A stretch of DNA of 64,000 bases, taken from assembly GCA_008632985.1 (NCBI GenBank), contig QPGO01000116.1, forward strand, positions 124,001-188,000, written 5' to 3'. Position 1 is the first letter of the stretch. Every line of letters starts with the position of its first letter. Below the pieces are notes generated by a model. The model had not been told where the DNA came from, made no database searches, and saw nothing but the letters and a program-made list of their open reading frames with translations. The translations under genes and the position numbers were made by a program. Source of the DNA: Psammoneis japonica. Taxonomy: Eukaryota. This document shows, piece by piece, positions 23,986 to 36,784 of this stretch.

Positions 23986-25160
23986 ATGACTCCAGCCATG
24001 TGGATGACTGCCACTTTCTTCCTTTTACTTGGAAGCTCGTCCCACGCATTACCAGTGCATTCCTTGCAGTCACATTCCAAACCGACGTCGCAGAGGCATC
24101 CGACGGCCCTATCGTACCGGAATTCGGCTACCCCATCCACCGAGCCCAAGAAGCTGCCTTCGCTGAAGAGTAACAAAGTAAAGGAAGCCTCCAAGACGGT
24201 CCCGACTGGACGCAAAAAGTGGGGTGTAGACAAGGACCACACGATGAGTACTGGTTCAACAAGAGGATTCATACTCTCGGAAACACTGGCTTTCTCGGTG
24301 CCGTACATGCCGCTATTTCTCCCATTGCGACCAAAGTAATTGATGATCAGGCTTATGGAGGAGTCGATATTCGTCAAAGTGTGAGTTTGACTCTGTTGTG
24401 TACAGTAGCGTGAATCGTGGTTTGGTGCATGCGAATGCTAAACCTTGTTTGTTTTGTCGTTCCAATCTCACAGATCTCCAAGGAGCTCGCTGGACGATTC
24501 AAGTCAAGCAAAGCACGAGTGCTCGATCTCTGCTGTGGTGTTGGCATGTCTACAAGGGCTCTACAAAAAGCCTTTCCAGACGCCGAGAAAATCATTGGCA
24601 TGGACACGTCCCCAGAAATGGTCTCGATGGCGTCCTTTCTGGATAAGCATCTCAGCTTCCTTGAACCTATCCGGAACTACTTTGGCAAACTCAAGCACTC
24701 GTGTGATTCATCAAAAAAGCAAACGTGTGCCACTACCTTTATGGAAGGCAATGCCGAGCACACTCCATTTAAAGCTGGGTCATTTGATCTCGTAACAATC
24801 ATGTAAGTAATGCGATTGGTGTTTTTATATTATGCCATGCGAGTTCCTTTCCTCACGTGGCCAACACAACCTTGTGTTGTTATACATTGCAGGTACGCAT
24901 TCCACGAAGCTCCCAAAGACGGAAGAGCCCGAATGATCAAGGAGGCACGTAGGCTTCTTCGCCACGGCGGAATCCTTGCTTTGATTGACATTAGCCCCGA
25001 CTACAAGGCTAGTAAAAGCATGCTTGCCGGAGAACCTTACGTGTTGGAGTACCAGAAGAACATTCAGAAGCAACTGAAAAAGTTCAATGGCTTTGCGAGG
25101 ACTGCCTACAAGACTCTTGTCCCTGGCCATGTCAGTTGCTGGGTCCTCAAGCGAGAGTAG
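23986..25160 (+). CDS. Class I SAM-dependent methyltransferase (UbiE/MenG-like) with signal peptide, paralog A
   Basis: VLDLCCGVG motif I, GMDTSPEM, GNAEHTPF..FDLVTIM|YAFHEAP..RRLL..GG; introns about 24380-24472 and 24803-24892. Confidence 0.85.
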
Positions 25161-25645
25161 TTGCACGCGACCAACGCTTTTTTTGGAAACTATGTATATC
25201 TCATTGTACATACACGCACAAACTAATACGTCATGTGCGTCTCCGGCTCTAAACAGCTTGGATTCGCAGCATCGTTTGTGGCCAAACTCTGTATACATCA
25301 AAAGCTAAGAAACTATTGTAATTACAGCTTTTCACAATGATCATGACAATCGCAACTTTATATATTTACAGTTTTTCAGTGAAACGTTGTTTGTCAACGG
25401 AATAGGGTGCAAGAATGCTGACGTGTGTATAGCTGCAATGATGGGGGTGGCGAATGCTCTACTGGAATTATGCAACATAGAAACTCTAACAAAAAGGTTG
25501 GAACGAGTGCAACTGCTTCGGAGATTGAACAAATGTGTCCAAGGCCATATGGTGGAAATTTCTGCGCGTAGGAGTACCATCTTGTGCCTCGAGAAACAGT
25601 ACAAGTGCTCTTCAGAGCACAGCTCAGAAAGAGCTATCCGCTCGA

Positions 25646-26899
25646 TCAATCTTGGCGTTGAATAAACGAGGACACCGATTCTGACTCCCACGACGCCATT
25701 TCTGGTGCACTTGTTTGCTTGAGCAACCACATGCCGACATGATCGGGTACAACTTCCTGGTATCCCTCAAAAGTAAATCCCCGAGTGTGCCGCAATTGGT
25801 CGTGAATGTGTGCCTTGTATTCAAGCACGTAGGGCTCTCCGCAAGCATGGTGGCGCTCGGCGTGTAATTGGGGGAAATATCGACAATAGCAAGGATGCCG
25901 CCATCCTTGAGGAGACGTCGTGCCTCTTGAATCATTCGGTCGCGACCGACGTATGGGGCTTCGTGAAAACCGTACCTGCAACACAAGACAATCATATTCG
26001 TGAGGGGCATGAACGCAAGACTGGGAACTGCTATATTCCAACACAACAGCAATATGGTACGCAACGAACTTACATGATTGTCACCAAATCAAAGTCCTTG
26101 TCTGGAAATCCCGTACACTCAGCGTTGCCAATCGAATACCTCACCGAGGTTGTTTCTTTCTGGCCGACGGATTTCTTCACCTTGACACCCTTGATCTTGC
26201 CCATGAGTGTTTGCAAAAAGCCCACAACTTGAGAAGGAACCGATTTGGGATCCGAGTATGTTTCCGCCATGGCAATCATTTCGGGAGACGTGTCAACTCC
26301 AATGACAACCTCGCCATCCTCAAAGGCCTGTTGCAGAGCACGGGTCGAAATGCCAACACCACAACACATATCCACGACGCGAGCGTCCTTCTTGTTGACC
26401 ATGCAGTGCAAATCGCGAGAAATCTAATAAAGAGGAAAAGAAAAGAAATGCGTGAGTCTGAGAGCTCAGAACAAGACTACATAGAGTCTCTAGATTCTTG
26501 GTCCGTACCTGGGTGCGAACGTCGTCTCCATCATATGCCAAAACATCGATCAGTTTGGTACAAACCGGGGCAACTGCGGCATGAAGGCCCCCCAACATAC
26601 CCGTGTTACCAAACGTATGAATCCTGAAAAGTACAGAGCGGGAGAGTAAGTATTACACCGAGTGAGTCTTGAGCTTGTGTCAATCACCACTCAACTCAAC
26701 TACAAATGAACTATACTTACTTTGGATGAAACCAGTAGTCGGCGGGTCCTTGCTCTTCCACCGTGGTGGGAACGAGCGAGACGGTCTTCTTCGTACTGCG
26801 CTCAATCGCATTGCGAATCGCAGCATTGTCTTTGCCGCTGCCAATCTGATAGGCCGTCACGGCGAGTGGAAACAAGAGCAAGAGTAACTTGATAATCAT
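25646..26899 (-). CDS. Class I SAM-dependent methyltransferase, paralog B (convergent with A)
   Basis: VVDMCCGVG, GVDTSPEM, GNAECTGF..FDLVTIM|YGFHEAP; N-terminal signal peptide MIIKLLLLLFPLAVTA; three introns. Confidence 0.85.
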
Positions 26900-28353
26900 G
26901 GTGAAATCTACAGTACAGCAATCGACGTGGCGTGAGTAAAATTGTGGGACTAGAAAACTACGAATAAAAAAACGGGAATGATGGAGTGATTGAGGGGTTC
27001 TCATTGCAATACATCAGAGCCATGACAATGCCGCACCAATACAGCGTCGACGACCATCAGAGCCGCTCCATGATCAATGAAGAACGACGATTCCCGCAAG
27101 GACTCAAGTATTCCAGAAAGATGTGATGATTATTACTACACACATCCGTTCGCCTACAATCAGGAGTAGCTACAACTCCAATGACGAGAACAATGACCGA
27201 CATTCTCACGACAAACGCCGTACTGCCAAGCAGATGCGTCTCTCGCAAGCCACCGCAGATACGACAGCCTCACTCGTCGCGATTGCTCAAAACAACCATT
27301 GTCGCTTACCTCGAATAGTTATTTGTTGCGTTCGTAGCTTCTGATGGTTCCAAGTCAGAAAAAAAATTCTTTTTGTTGTGTGTGTTGGCGGCAGAATGAT
27401 TGTTGCGCCCGAATTCTCACAAGCAAGAGACGTGTCACTGCCGAAACATGCGCCAGTGTCACAGCGACAAATTCTCACCGAAAATCCACGTCTGCCAATG
27501 ACACGGTGACGTCAGACCATCTCCTTTTTGGCGCCAACCGTTTGCTCCAAAAATTGACGCGTCGCACGTCATAATCCGGGTTATTGACGAGTCGTTCGAC
27601 CAAACATGTTGAAGCAAGATCTTTGTTTCGGCGAGCACGCATGACATGAAATGCAACCATGAGCGACTTCAACCGGCGATTGTATCGTCCAGAACGCTGT
27701 TTGCAAGGCATTTCGCACCCTTCTTCATCCATCGATTCATGATGGTGTCCATAGTATTGCGAAAGCCAGCGTCAAACTGTCGAGTCAAGCATGAACGACG
27801 AAAAACACAAGACATGCCGGTGTGATCGATTCAACGCACGTCTAACATTTCACAATGAACTCCTTTCAGGAGACGAATCACTCTCCTACTCTTCCTTCGT
27901 TTATGAATGCTTCACGATACCAGACAATGCACCCCTCCCACACCGGACTGGGCTCCGCCGTGAACCCATCATGCCGAGTGCAAACAGAAAAAGCGAGATT
28001 TGTGTGAAAAACTCTGCGACGCGATGAAAGGCATGTCAAGCGAAAGTACCAGAGTTGGCGTTCAATTCTACATACGTTGTTTTGTCGTATTCTTGCACGA
28101 ACTCTTATGTATTGAATGAATCAGAGCGAACAGTGACGTCACTTCTTATATCCAAACCTAAGCGGCTGGATAAGCAAATTCTTGCGTCGGCGGCAACTTT
28201 TTCGATTTCAATTTTCGCCCGCACCATCAGCGCCTTTTACTATTGTTCCTGACGATTGTTGATGATTCATCCCCGGGCATTCTCTCTCGAACTACAGAGT
28301 CTACAGTGTATTCATTGCATCATCCACTGCTTCCGCTACACGAGGTGTTGACC

Positions 28354-29132
28354 ATGAATTCGTTTTGGTTTCATCCGCAATCAAGAGTGCAACGACTCGG
28401 CACGTTTTGACGACGCGGCGTTGCTTTGCCACCAAGAAGGATAATCGCCTAGACTTGGAACGAGTACGACAGCAAATCATACAAGAATGGATAAATTCGC
28501 AAGCCTCCAGTCCGCAAGGTGCAGCAGTCACGGCACGGTACTGCACCTTTACTTATTTTGACGGTGTCCGCGAGTACAAAAAGCACGATGCACCCTGGTT
28601 TTGGTTGGATCGAGAGTTGAGTTCCAATCTCGCGGGTGAGACTGGAGCTGTTTCTCTTTACAAGGGAGCATTAGCGGCTTTGAATGTAACAAGAAACGAA
28701 AACAAACAAGCTCTTGATTTTTGTCGTGAGCACATGGCCAACGAAGCCGAGCATTTGCGTCTGTTTGAATCGATTGTGCCGGCCGGAAGCACACGCGCTT
28801 GTTGCCCGTTTGGAGATTGGCGGGTGGACCTTGGCTTTGTACCGACAGCTTTGGGTGGTCCGAAAGCATTGTATGTAACGGTGGAAGCGGTAGAAACCTT
28901 TGTGGAAGAGCACTTCCAAGAGCAAATTATCCCGCTGAAAGAAAGAGGTGGGGCAGACGAGCTAGTGCGGCTCCTGGAACATTGCTGTGCCGATGAAGTC
29001 CATCACAAACAAGATGCGGTACAAAAGTTAATAGATGGCGACCCCGACTTTGACGCGTGGTGGGTAAAACCGTGGTCGAGAATTGTTGGGAAAGGTAGCG
29101 CCCTTGCTGCTGAAGTTGCAAGACGGGTGTGA
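28354..29132 (+). CDS. COQ7-like di-iron hydroxylase (ubiquinone biosynthesis, ferritin-like)
   Basis: ETGAVSLYKGA, EAEHL, VETFVEEHFQEQI and DEVHH di-iron E/ExxH motifs; N-terminus resembles a mitochondrial transit peptide; small indels present. Confidence 0.75.
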
Positions 29133-29619
29133 GGTTTTGGGACGTTTCATCTAGCACCAACCTTGTATATTTAGCCCGCCTTGGCAAAGCTTACTCCTGG
29201 TACTATGTCGAAACAGTAAGAATTTTCTTTTGGTCCAGTCTTTTATTTCACATCACGACATGATATTTTGGGGGTTTCGGTTATGGACTGCCGTGCATTC
29301 ATTTTCATGTCTCTGAAAAGATGTGCTCTTGGTCTCTCGGATGCATTCCGTTTCCATGTGAAGGTGGTTCGTTGCTCAAATTTCAATGTAAAGAATGGCG
29401 ATTTGATGTCACAATCTACAGAGTTACTGTTTGGAAACAAAATGAACCGACAGTGAACTGAGACTCAGAAAGAATCGGTGTACTTTCTCTTGAGACTATT
29501 GTGCGAGTCGCTACACCTGTACCAGGTTTCTCCGTCGATAGAGATGGAGGGAACAAATCCTACGGAACCGCTACCCTCGCTCAGTTCATGTGGTATCACA
29601 ATGTTGCAAGCCTATTTGG

Positions 29620-29705
29620 TCATCAACAATGGAAACCGCAGTTTTTTGAACGGTTACAACCGAGTCGCTACCGTATTTGCTCATGGAGCATTTCCTCCAT
29701 CGATG
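29620..29705 (-). pseudogene. Remnant of the 5' end of the YEATS-sirtuin gene
   Basis: tcaacaatggaaaccgcagttttttgaacggttacaac..ttgctcatgg aligns with 34851-34915. Confidence 0.65.
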
Positions 29706-30580
29706 TCGAGTTTATCAGCTTTGCGTCGATTGCCAAAGACGCTTTCTAGCAGTCCATTTCTCCTAAAGAAACTACAGACGAGTACAGCAATAATACAGTA
29801 TATAACTGTACCCTCCTCAACCCTATAGAGTAGAGATAGAGTATTCACAGACTTAGAACTAGCCTGAAAGTGCACGGTGAACCGGACACACAATGCCACT
29901 CTGTTTGCCTGCTCATTTGCTAGTATTAATACGCAGAAAAAGAGAGCGGTGTTGTACAAAAACACAAACAACGACATCAGAGTATGCAACGACATGTCAA
30001 GAGATACGCAGTCTACGTGGGGAATAACTTACACGCAAATATAGATTGCTATCTTGTACTTTTAGTCTTTCTACTTCTATTGGAATAGTTTCAAAGCGTG
30101 TTTCAAATATTTGAAACACACCAATGTCAAAAGTATCTATTGAAATCGGTCGCGTAGGGTAACGTTGCCTCAAGAGCGCCATCAAAAGATGGCGCTCAAG
30201 CTTTTTCGTATCTTCAGAGTGAAAATGTCACCCCAAGAAAAGAAAAAGGGGGGACGTACTACGGAGACAACAAGAAAACTTGCGAGTCGACCGCGTTCTA
30301 AATCAACACTCCCTACGAGTGAAGACTTACCGTATCATGTCACTGATACGACAGAACCCCAAACCTGTGTTCCGTCAATGGTATGATCTGCTCGGCGAGC
30401 TTTTGCTGCTTTGCAGACGAACGCTGCTGTCTGTTTCAACAGCCGTGACCTGACTGGGTCAAGCGAACAGGCAACTTCCTGCGCTCAAAGACACGAGAGT
30501 GACATGGACTCAAGGCCGGAGAGACGCACTCGATTTGCCCCGACCTCTGGACTCAACTGGCAACACCTGTGCCACCATTT

Positions 30581-30873
30581 GAGACAACACGCCATCAAGC
30601 AAAATGAGTTGTGGAACACCAAACAAGAGCAGGCAATTAGAACCAGAGGAAGGGCGAGCCATCCTTGGGTGTCGCGGCATTCCGGCTTGGCGAACAACAA
30701 CACCTCGTGCGAGACGACGAGTTGAAAAAGAGAGACAACACACCATCAAGCAAAATGAGTTGTGGAATACCAAACAAGAGCGAGCTCTCAATCCAGAGGA
30801 AGGGCGAGCCATCCTCGGAGATTACGGCTTCCGGCTTGGCAAACAACAACACATCGTGCGAGACGACGAGTTG
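30581..30873. repeat. Two-copy direct repeat of about 143 bp (30581-30724 and 30732-30873)
   Basis: gagacaacac(g/a)ccatcaagcaaaatgagttgtggaa..ccagaggaagggcgagccatcc..gtgcgagacgacgagttg occurs twice. Confidence 0.9.
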
Positions 30874-32469
30874 TGATCGAAAACGAGCGCGGTTTTCGAA
30901 GAGATTTTCTGTGGTGTCGTGACCGTTGCCACAATTCTCAATCACTATCACTTTTTGTGTACATTCGTAAAGAGAGTACCATGAATTCGTATGTAGAAAG
31001 TGGGTGGGCACTGGTACTTTCCAAATTATTACTAATTCCTACGTACGGTTTACGGCAACTGTCCAAAACGCAAAAACTGCCACCCATTTTAAAAATTTGA
31101 CATTATTGGCAACCCATTCATACCATGACACAACCTACCGGTACTCCAAAGACACAAGACACACCCATGCACCGAGTTGAACCTCACCGCATGAAGGGAC
31201 TCGAGGTTTTGTCTACCATCCTTTGCCATTTGAGGAAGGAAGTGGAGCTATCGCATGTGGCGCAGATTTGCTGGACTATTTTAATGGAAATGCCAACAAA
31301 AATACGACTACGGACTGTGAATGCTTCTTCCATGGCATCAATGGAGTCATTCTTTCCTTGAAGGGAAGTTTGTGCGTTTTGGTATTCCGGATTTTCTACA
31401 CCATTTGAAGAATTTCACCATTGTGATTCCAAAGTATGGAGAAGTTACTGTAGCCGTCCAAAACGCGAAAGACTGCCGCCGCCACCATAAAAGAATGTGC
31501 TGTACGCTGCATGTGCACACAACCTACCGTACGCCATGGCACATTCAAAGTCGTTTTGAGCAGTGATTATCCAGAGAAACAAGCCAATATGAGGCAAGAC
31601 GAGCCTGTAAGTAAACTTCACGCTTCACGGTAACCGTCAAAATATTCGTGGAAGGGTGCACGAGCTAAACATATTCCAATTCCATCCATTCGCCATGTCT
31701 CGCTGTCTTCCGAATTTATTGGCGTTTTATTGCGGTTCACCCTTACAAGAGCCTTCTTCCTCTCTGTCGCACTGTACGTGGAATTAAAGCAATCAGTCCC
31801 AGGGTATGTTGCCCAACGTATGACTAGACCAACTCTCATACGGTACGGATTGGCTGCAGGTTTGAAGGATCTCGATGCTCGTGTGGTTGTCACGTATTGG
31901 GGCTGCTTTCGCAAGTGAGCACTTGTCGGTTTATGAAGATGGCACAAGATCCGATCTTTGTTTCGCAAGAAGGCGCCATTCTCAGAGAAAACGACTGAGC
32001 TGATGGCAAGTTGAGGCTGTGAGGAGGGATATCGCGATCCGTTGTTAGCAGAGCACTTGGAGAAAAAAGTGTTTTTCATAATGCTGGAAACTATCCTCGA
32101 CTAGCTTTGGAGCGCCTTGAGGCTTTTGAATACACGCAATACGGTACTGTGGCATTTGTCCAGAGTTCAGACGCATGTAAGACCTTGCTCCGAGGTTGGG
32201 GCATTGATCCTCAAGAATCCCTATTCCTTGAGGAGATGCACGCACAAGGCATTGGCCACAAAAGTACAAGAATATAACGGAGAACGCGTATCATCAAAGC
32301 GAAATCGAACTGCTGTTTCAAGAATAAGCCAACTGTGCAAGCTTATGCGACTGGAGATGGATGACTCAAGCGGGCAATCGCATTGTTAAATGCCGCAATA
32401 CCCATAGGTTCCTCCATACTTTCTTCTCTACCTGGTAAAGATTTACCGATCTAAATATTGCTTCAGTAT

Positions 32470-33145
32470 GAAAAGATGCGGCAGACGAGTTAGTGTGGCC
32501 CCTGGAACATTGCTGTGAAGATGAGGTCCATCATAAACAAGATGCGGTACAACGGGTAGACCTACTGGATGGCGAACCCGACTTTGACGCGTGGTGGGTG
32601 AAGCCGTGGTCGAGAATTGTTGGGAAAGGTAGCCCCCTTGCTGCCGAAGCTGCAAGACGGATGTGAGCGTTTGGGACTTTTCAGCCCGCTCTGGCAAAGC
32701 TGCCTCCTAGCTAGTACTATAGAGACCATTAGAATTTCCTTTCGGTCTAGTCTTTTCTGCCATGTCATCTCAAGACATAGCTGGGTCGTCTATGTAATGT
32801 GTTTAAAGAAATGTTTTTGGAGGTTTCTGTTTAGGAGTACCGTGCAATCATTTTCATGTCACTTAAAAAGAGATGCTCTTGCTCTCTCAGCTGCATTCAG
32901 GTTTCACGATGGCGATTTGATGTCTCAACCTACAGAGTTACGTCCTGAGAAACGAAATAAAGTGACAATGAACGGCGAATTAGAAAGACTCAGTGTACTT
33001 CCTCTAGAGACTATTGTTAAACAAAGTAGCGAGTCGTCAGACCGGTACCAGATTTCTCTAGAGTTAGCGGGGACAGTGCAGTGACAGAAAACAGCGTAAC
33101 CGCTACCCTCGCTAAGCTCATGTGGGATCGCAATGATGCAAGCCT
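32470..33145 (+). pseudogene. Duplicated 3' fragment of the COQ7-like gene plus downstream spacer
   Basis: ctggaacattgctgtg..gatgcggtacaa..ccgactttgacgcgtggtgggt..cgagaattgttgggaaaggtagc matches about 28940-29610, with indels. Confidence 0.85.
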
Positions 33146-33248
33146 GATGCTTGTTTACCCAACAGTATATGGTACGTTACGGCTCACCCTATCTGGACAT
33201 TTTCTTTTCTATTTTTTTAAGAAAGCACTCATAATTTCTCGTTTCCTA

Positions 33249-34913
33249 CTAGATACTCCTACCCTCCACGTACTTAAATTCTGGATTGGCGTTCACCAAA
33301 GGAAGCCGGGTTGGCCCACCACGGGCAGCCGCCGCAAGCCACCACTGTCCCAAAGACATTTGTGCAGAACCCTCCATGGAGAGGTAAACGGCACAGGTGT
33401 TGTCACGCCACGCTGTCACGACTCCTCTTGGTTGCTTCTTACCTGCAATCCGATGGTATTCCGCTTGTCCCGAGCCGTGCAAATTGTGTCCTGGCGTCAT
33501 GACAATTTCGGCACCCACCACTAAATCCCACCACATGTGGGGAGCTCCACTGGACTCTGCAAGTCGCTTTCCGTTGCCATCGTACGGCACCAGAACCCGC
33601 CGATGCTGGGCTAGAACAGCCTTGCAAGTCAGTAATGGCGGTACACCAATGTTCATTTTTTGCAAGAGAGCGGTAAGCACTTGATCGCTTTCACCAAAGA
33701 TCCGCAGACTCGTCTTGTCATCCTGTGGGGTTTGTTGCAAATTAATGATAACCATGCCAAGTGACTTATTCTTTTTCGATCGCTTCGCAGCCCTGGTGGC
33801 AACGTCGTCCGCCGTGAGTCCACCAAGAGACGTGCCGAGAACCAAGACAAGGTCGGCCGTTTCTTTTTGTTGTTCCATCCACCTGCACTCTTCGTCCTTC
33901 AACCGTCCTGAATACAGAACCACTGGATTCGAAGGGTCGTACCATGACCCGTGAATCTCATTGACGCATTCTTGCGGAAAACCCGCCTTTTGTGGAAGAC
34001 CATCGTGATTCTGCTGTACCCATCCATGGACTAGTCCTTGCCTCCAAAGTGCTGTCAAGGCATGGTGTGTTTTGGTAGGTTGCGCCGTGACTGTCAAATT
34101 CTTGGGACGCCCAACTTGTTCGTTTCCTCCTCGAGCGGCCATGCCAATCCCCGCCGCACGTGAAATACCCGCTCCCGTGTAAAGTATAGTTTTGCGCGAT
34201 TGGCGGAGCAAGTCAGCCAATTGATTCAACTTCCAATCCATTGTTGTGTCTTCATCTCGGTATTCCGTCGCGGTTAACCAAGAAGGACCATCGTAGTGAT
34301 CGTCTCGAGGTTTGTCGGTCGACTGCCAGTGAGTTTTAGGTTGCTCGAGATGAATAGATTCTTCATATCCTAGACGTCCATGCCAAAAGGCCGGATCATC
34401 AGGTTGCATATAACCATGATTCGCCAACAATTGCAAGTAGTGCGTTCGACTGTGGCTGACCACAGAACTACTAATATCCATGGGACTTGTCGTGTCCAGC
34501 ATAGCAGCGACATTGTCGGACATGCCCATTGCCTGTAACTCGTGTCGAGTCGTGTGAGTCTCGTCTTGGGAAAAGACAAGTGGATGCACTACGCTGGAAT
34601 TGTGCTTGATTCCAGTCGCTGGGTCCGTCCACAAGATCGAGACGTCAACATCAAAGGTACCCCAGCCGGTAAAGGTGCACGACTCAAATACGACAGTCAT
34701 GCCATTTTCGGCTTGAATACGACGGCATTCCAACTCGTGTCGTCGAGGATGAAACGTGGGGTGGAGCATCGCGGTGACCTGGTCGAGTTGTACCGCGGAG
34801 GAGGAAGATTCAACCAAGAGTTTCCAACGCCATTGCTTTCGTCCATCGTCGTCAACAACGCAAACCGCAGTGTTTTGAACAATTACAACAGTGTCACTAC
34901 GGCCATTGCTCAT
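33249..34913 (-). CDS. YEATS-domain + Sir2-family (sirtuin) NAD-dependent deacylase fusion
   Basis: YEATS signature LHPTF..TGWGTFDV; sirtuin motifs YTGAGIS..AGI, QQNHDGL..KAG, EIHGS, LVLGTSL, IINLQ.T. Confidence 0.85.
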   Translation of the reverse strand: MSNGRSDTVVIVQNTAVCVVDDDGRKQWRWKLLVESSSSAVQLDQVTAMLHPTFHPRRHELECRRIQAENGMTVVFESCTFTGWGTFDVDVSILWTDPATGIKHNSSVVHPLVFSQDETHTTRHELQAMGMSDNVAAMLDTTSPMDISSSVVSHSRTHYLQLLANHGYMQPDDPAFWHGRLGYEESIHLEQPKTHWQSTDKPRDDHYDGPSWLTATEYRDEDTTMDWKLNQLADLLRQSRKTILYTGAGISRAAGIGMAARGGNEQVGRPKNLTVTAQPTKTHHALTALWRQGLVHGWVQQNHDGLPQKAGFPQECVNEIHGSWYDPSNPVVLYSGRLKDEECRWMEQQKETADLVLVLGTSLGGLTADDVATRAAKRSKKNKSLGMVIINLQQTPQDDKTSLRIFGESDQVLTALLQKMNIGVPPLLTCKAVLAQHRRVLVPYDGNGKRLAESSGAPHMWWDLVVGAEIVMTPGHNLHGSGQAEYHRIAGKKQPRGVVTAWRDNTCAVYLSMEGSAQMSLGQWWLAAAARGGPTRLPLVNANPEFKYVEGRSI

Positions 34914-35889
34914 GGTGTGTGTTTCGTTTCGATGCCTTTTGAAGAATAATGAAAACAACGCTGATGGCAGTCAGAATCAACAAAAAATGAAACGTGCATC
35001 GCGGAAACGCAGATCATAGCGGGACTCACTCGGAAGTCAAAAGAACAAGTCAAATGAGATGTCACAAAGTCATAGCAATGGTCCGGGGGTGCATTTGTAT
35101 GTATAGGGCCTAGACCTTTCATCATCTTGACCTCCGTTTGTCACTGGTGGTGTCAGGAGCGGCCCACGTTCTCGGCGCCCATCATGGCACCCATACCTAT
35201 CATCCACGACTTGAGGACGCGGTTCGCTCGCATTTTGAAGTTGGCCGTTCTCCCTCCACAATTTATTTACGTTATATATTTCTGTATACAATTTATGCTT
35301 TCATGTTCAAACATACAGAAATACTTCAGACCTGAAGCTAATGATGATAAGCGAATCGGGTTTCGCAAAATGCAGTTGCGACACACAAACGTGATAGTCA
35401 TAGGAAAGGGCAGTTCTCAGTCGAGTCATTCTTTCTTTTTGTTTCCGTTCGTATCGGCATTTGAATTAATAATAATATTAATCATTAGTTATCGCGGGAC
35501 TTGGTTGTATGTGGTTGTATATTCAATGAAGAAATGTTTAAAAAAATTAAGCGATAATTAATCTTCAAGGCCGGATAAAGGTATTCCTTTTGGCGCGTTA
35601 AAAAGATGACGGTCGTGAGCGCCGCAACGCTGGCGTTGATCTTGTGTGGTGGATGGAGTGGCGTTGCATCACGTGTGAAGTTCTTGTGATCTGCTTGAGA
35701 GTGCGTTCTGGGATAGAGGTGTTCCATATGCTATCAAAACAGGAGCTCTGGGGACGATCGACAAGCGAAGAGGCAGTGTGCTGTTTGGGAGAGAAACAGG
35801 GCGAACACAATTTTGCATACGGCCGTTTTTGAGTCAGGTGAACCTCTTCATAGTTCACAGTTCGAGGCAGGCGGCTTATTCATTCAAGC

Positions 35890-36784
35890 ATGAAGGGTCA
35901 CGCTCCCTCATTTGCGCTTTCGGGTGGTGCCTCGAAGAAGGTACACCACACGCGGAGATCTCGTAGAGGCAAAAAGGAAGATTCGTCGGATCAGTCAACG
36001 GACAGTGTTGACGCAAACTCGCTCTCCTACTCTGCAGCCTCGTCTGTGAATTCGGGGTTTTCTGCTGCTGGAGAATCGACCGATTCTTCCTTTGCCGATA
36101 TCATGAAAGTGTTGGATTTGCAAGAACGAGATGAGCTTGCTGCCCTCATGAAGAAGGACGGTCTTGGGGAATACCGCAAGACCCTTCAGAAGATTTCTTC
36201 AAACCAAAGCGTTGCGAGCTCACTGGCCTACTCGACTGATCAAGAATCAGCATTGGAATCAACCCTGGGTGGGGAAGCTCTGCTTCAGAATATAACTGGG
36301 TGAGTTAGTATTCGAGTAGGCAATGTCTGTGGCTGCTACTGTTTTTATGTTACGTGTTCTCAACCGTATCGTTGTTCCTCTGCAAAGCAGGCAACCTACC
36401 GACGGTTATGGCCCGGATTTAGGCGACGCTCTCGGCTCTTTTGATGGAGACGAGCCTTCTGACTTTGATATTGACAATAACATTTTATTTGCTCCGGCTG
36501 ATCCTTTTGATAAGAAAAAGAAAAAGGCCAAGGGCGCTCGCTCGAAACCGACCATGACGACCGTACCGCTCGGAGATGCTCCTCAAAAGACTCCCACCAA
36601 GACAGAAAAGGAAGAGTCCTCGAGCAGTGGATCGGTATCCACGCCTACTCCCAGATCTCCGCCTGATGTCAGGGGCAAGGAAGTACGGTCCACCCGTGCA
36701 ATTGAAGACGAGGCCTGTATGCCAAGGTGGTGGATGTGCGGTTTCTCAGATGCTTTTCGGGATTTGTTTCCAACTAGCTGGTAA
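35890..36784 (+). CDS. Hypothetical Ser-rich protein, two exons
   Basis: ORFs 35890-36303 and 36323-36784 joined by a GT-AG intron at about 36300-36390; C-terminal WWMCGF motif. Confidence 0.6.

Noticed and set aside
27000..28300. Short ORFs in the intergenic region between methyltransferase B and COQ7
   Set aside because: No motifs or coding bias; likely divergent promoter DNA.
2500..29000. Frameshifts in BRCA2 (about 2520, 9265, 9895), the cyclase (about 17960, 19200, 19438), methyltransferases (about 24240, 25838), Nup35 and COQ7
   Set aside because: Scattered 1-bp indels in otherwise conserved genes suggest long-read consensus errors rather than pseudogenisation or programmed frameshifting; needs read-level checking.
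30581..30873. CRISPR array or LTR pair
   Set aside because: Only two long adjacent copies with no spacers, TSD or PPT, in a eukaryotic context.
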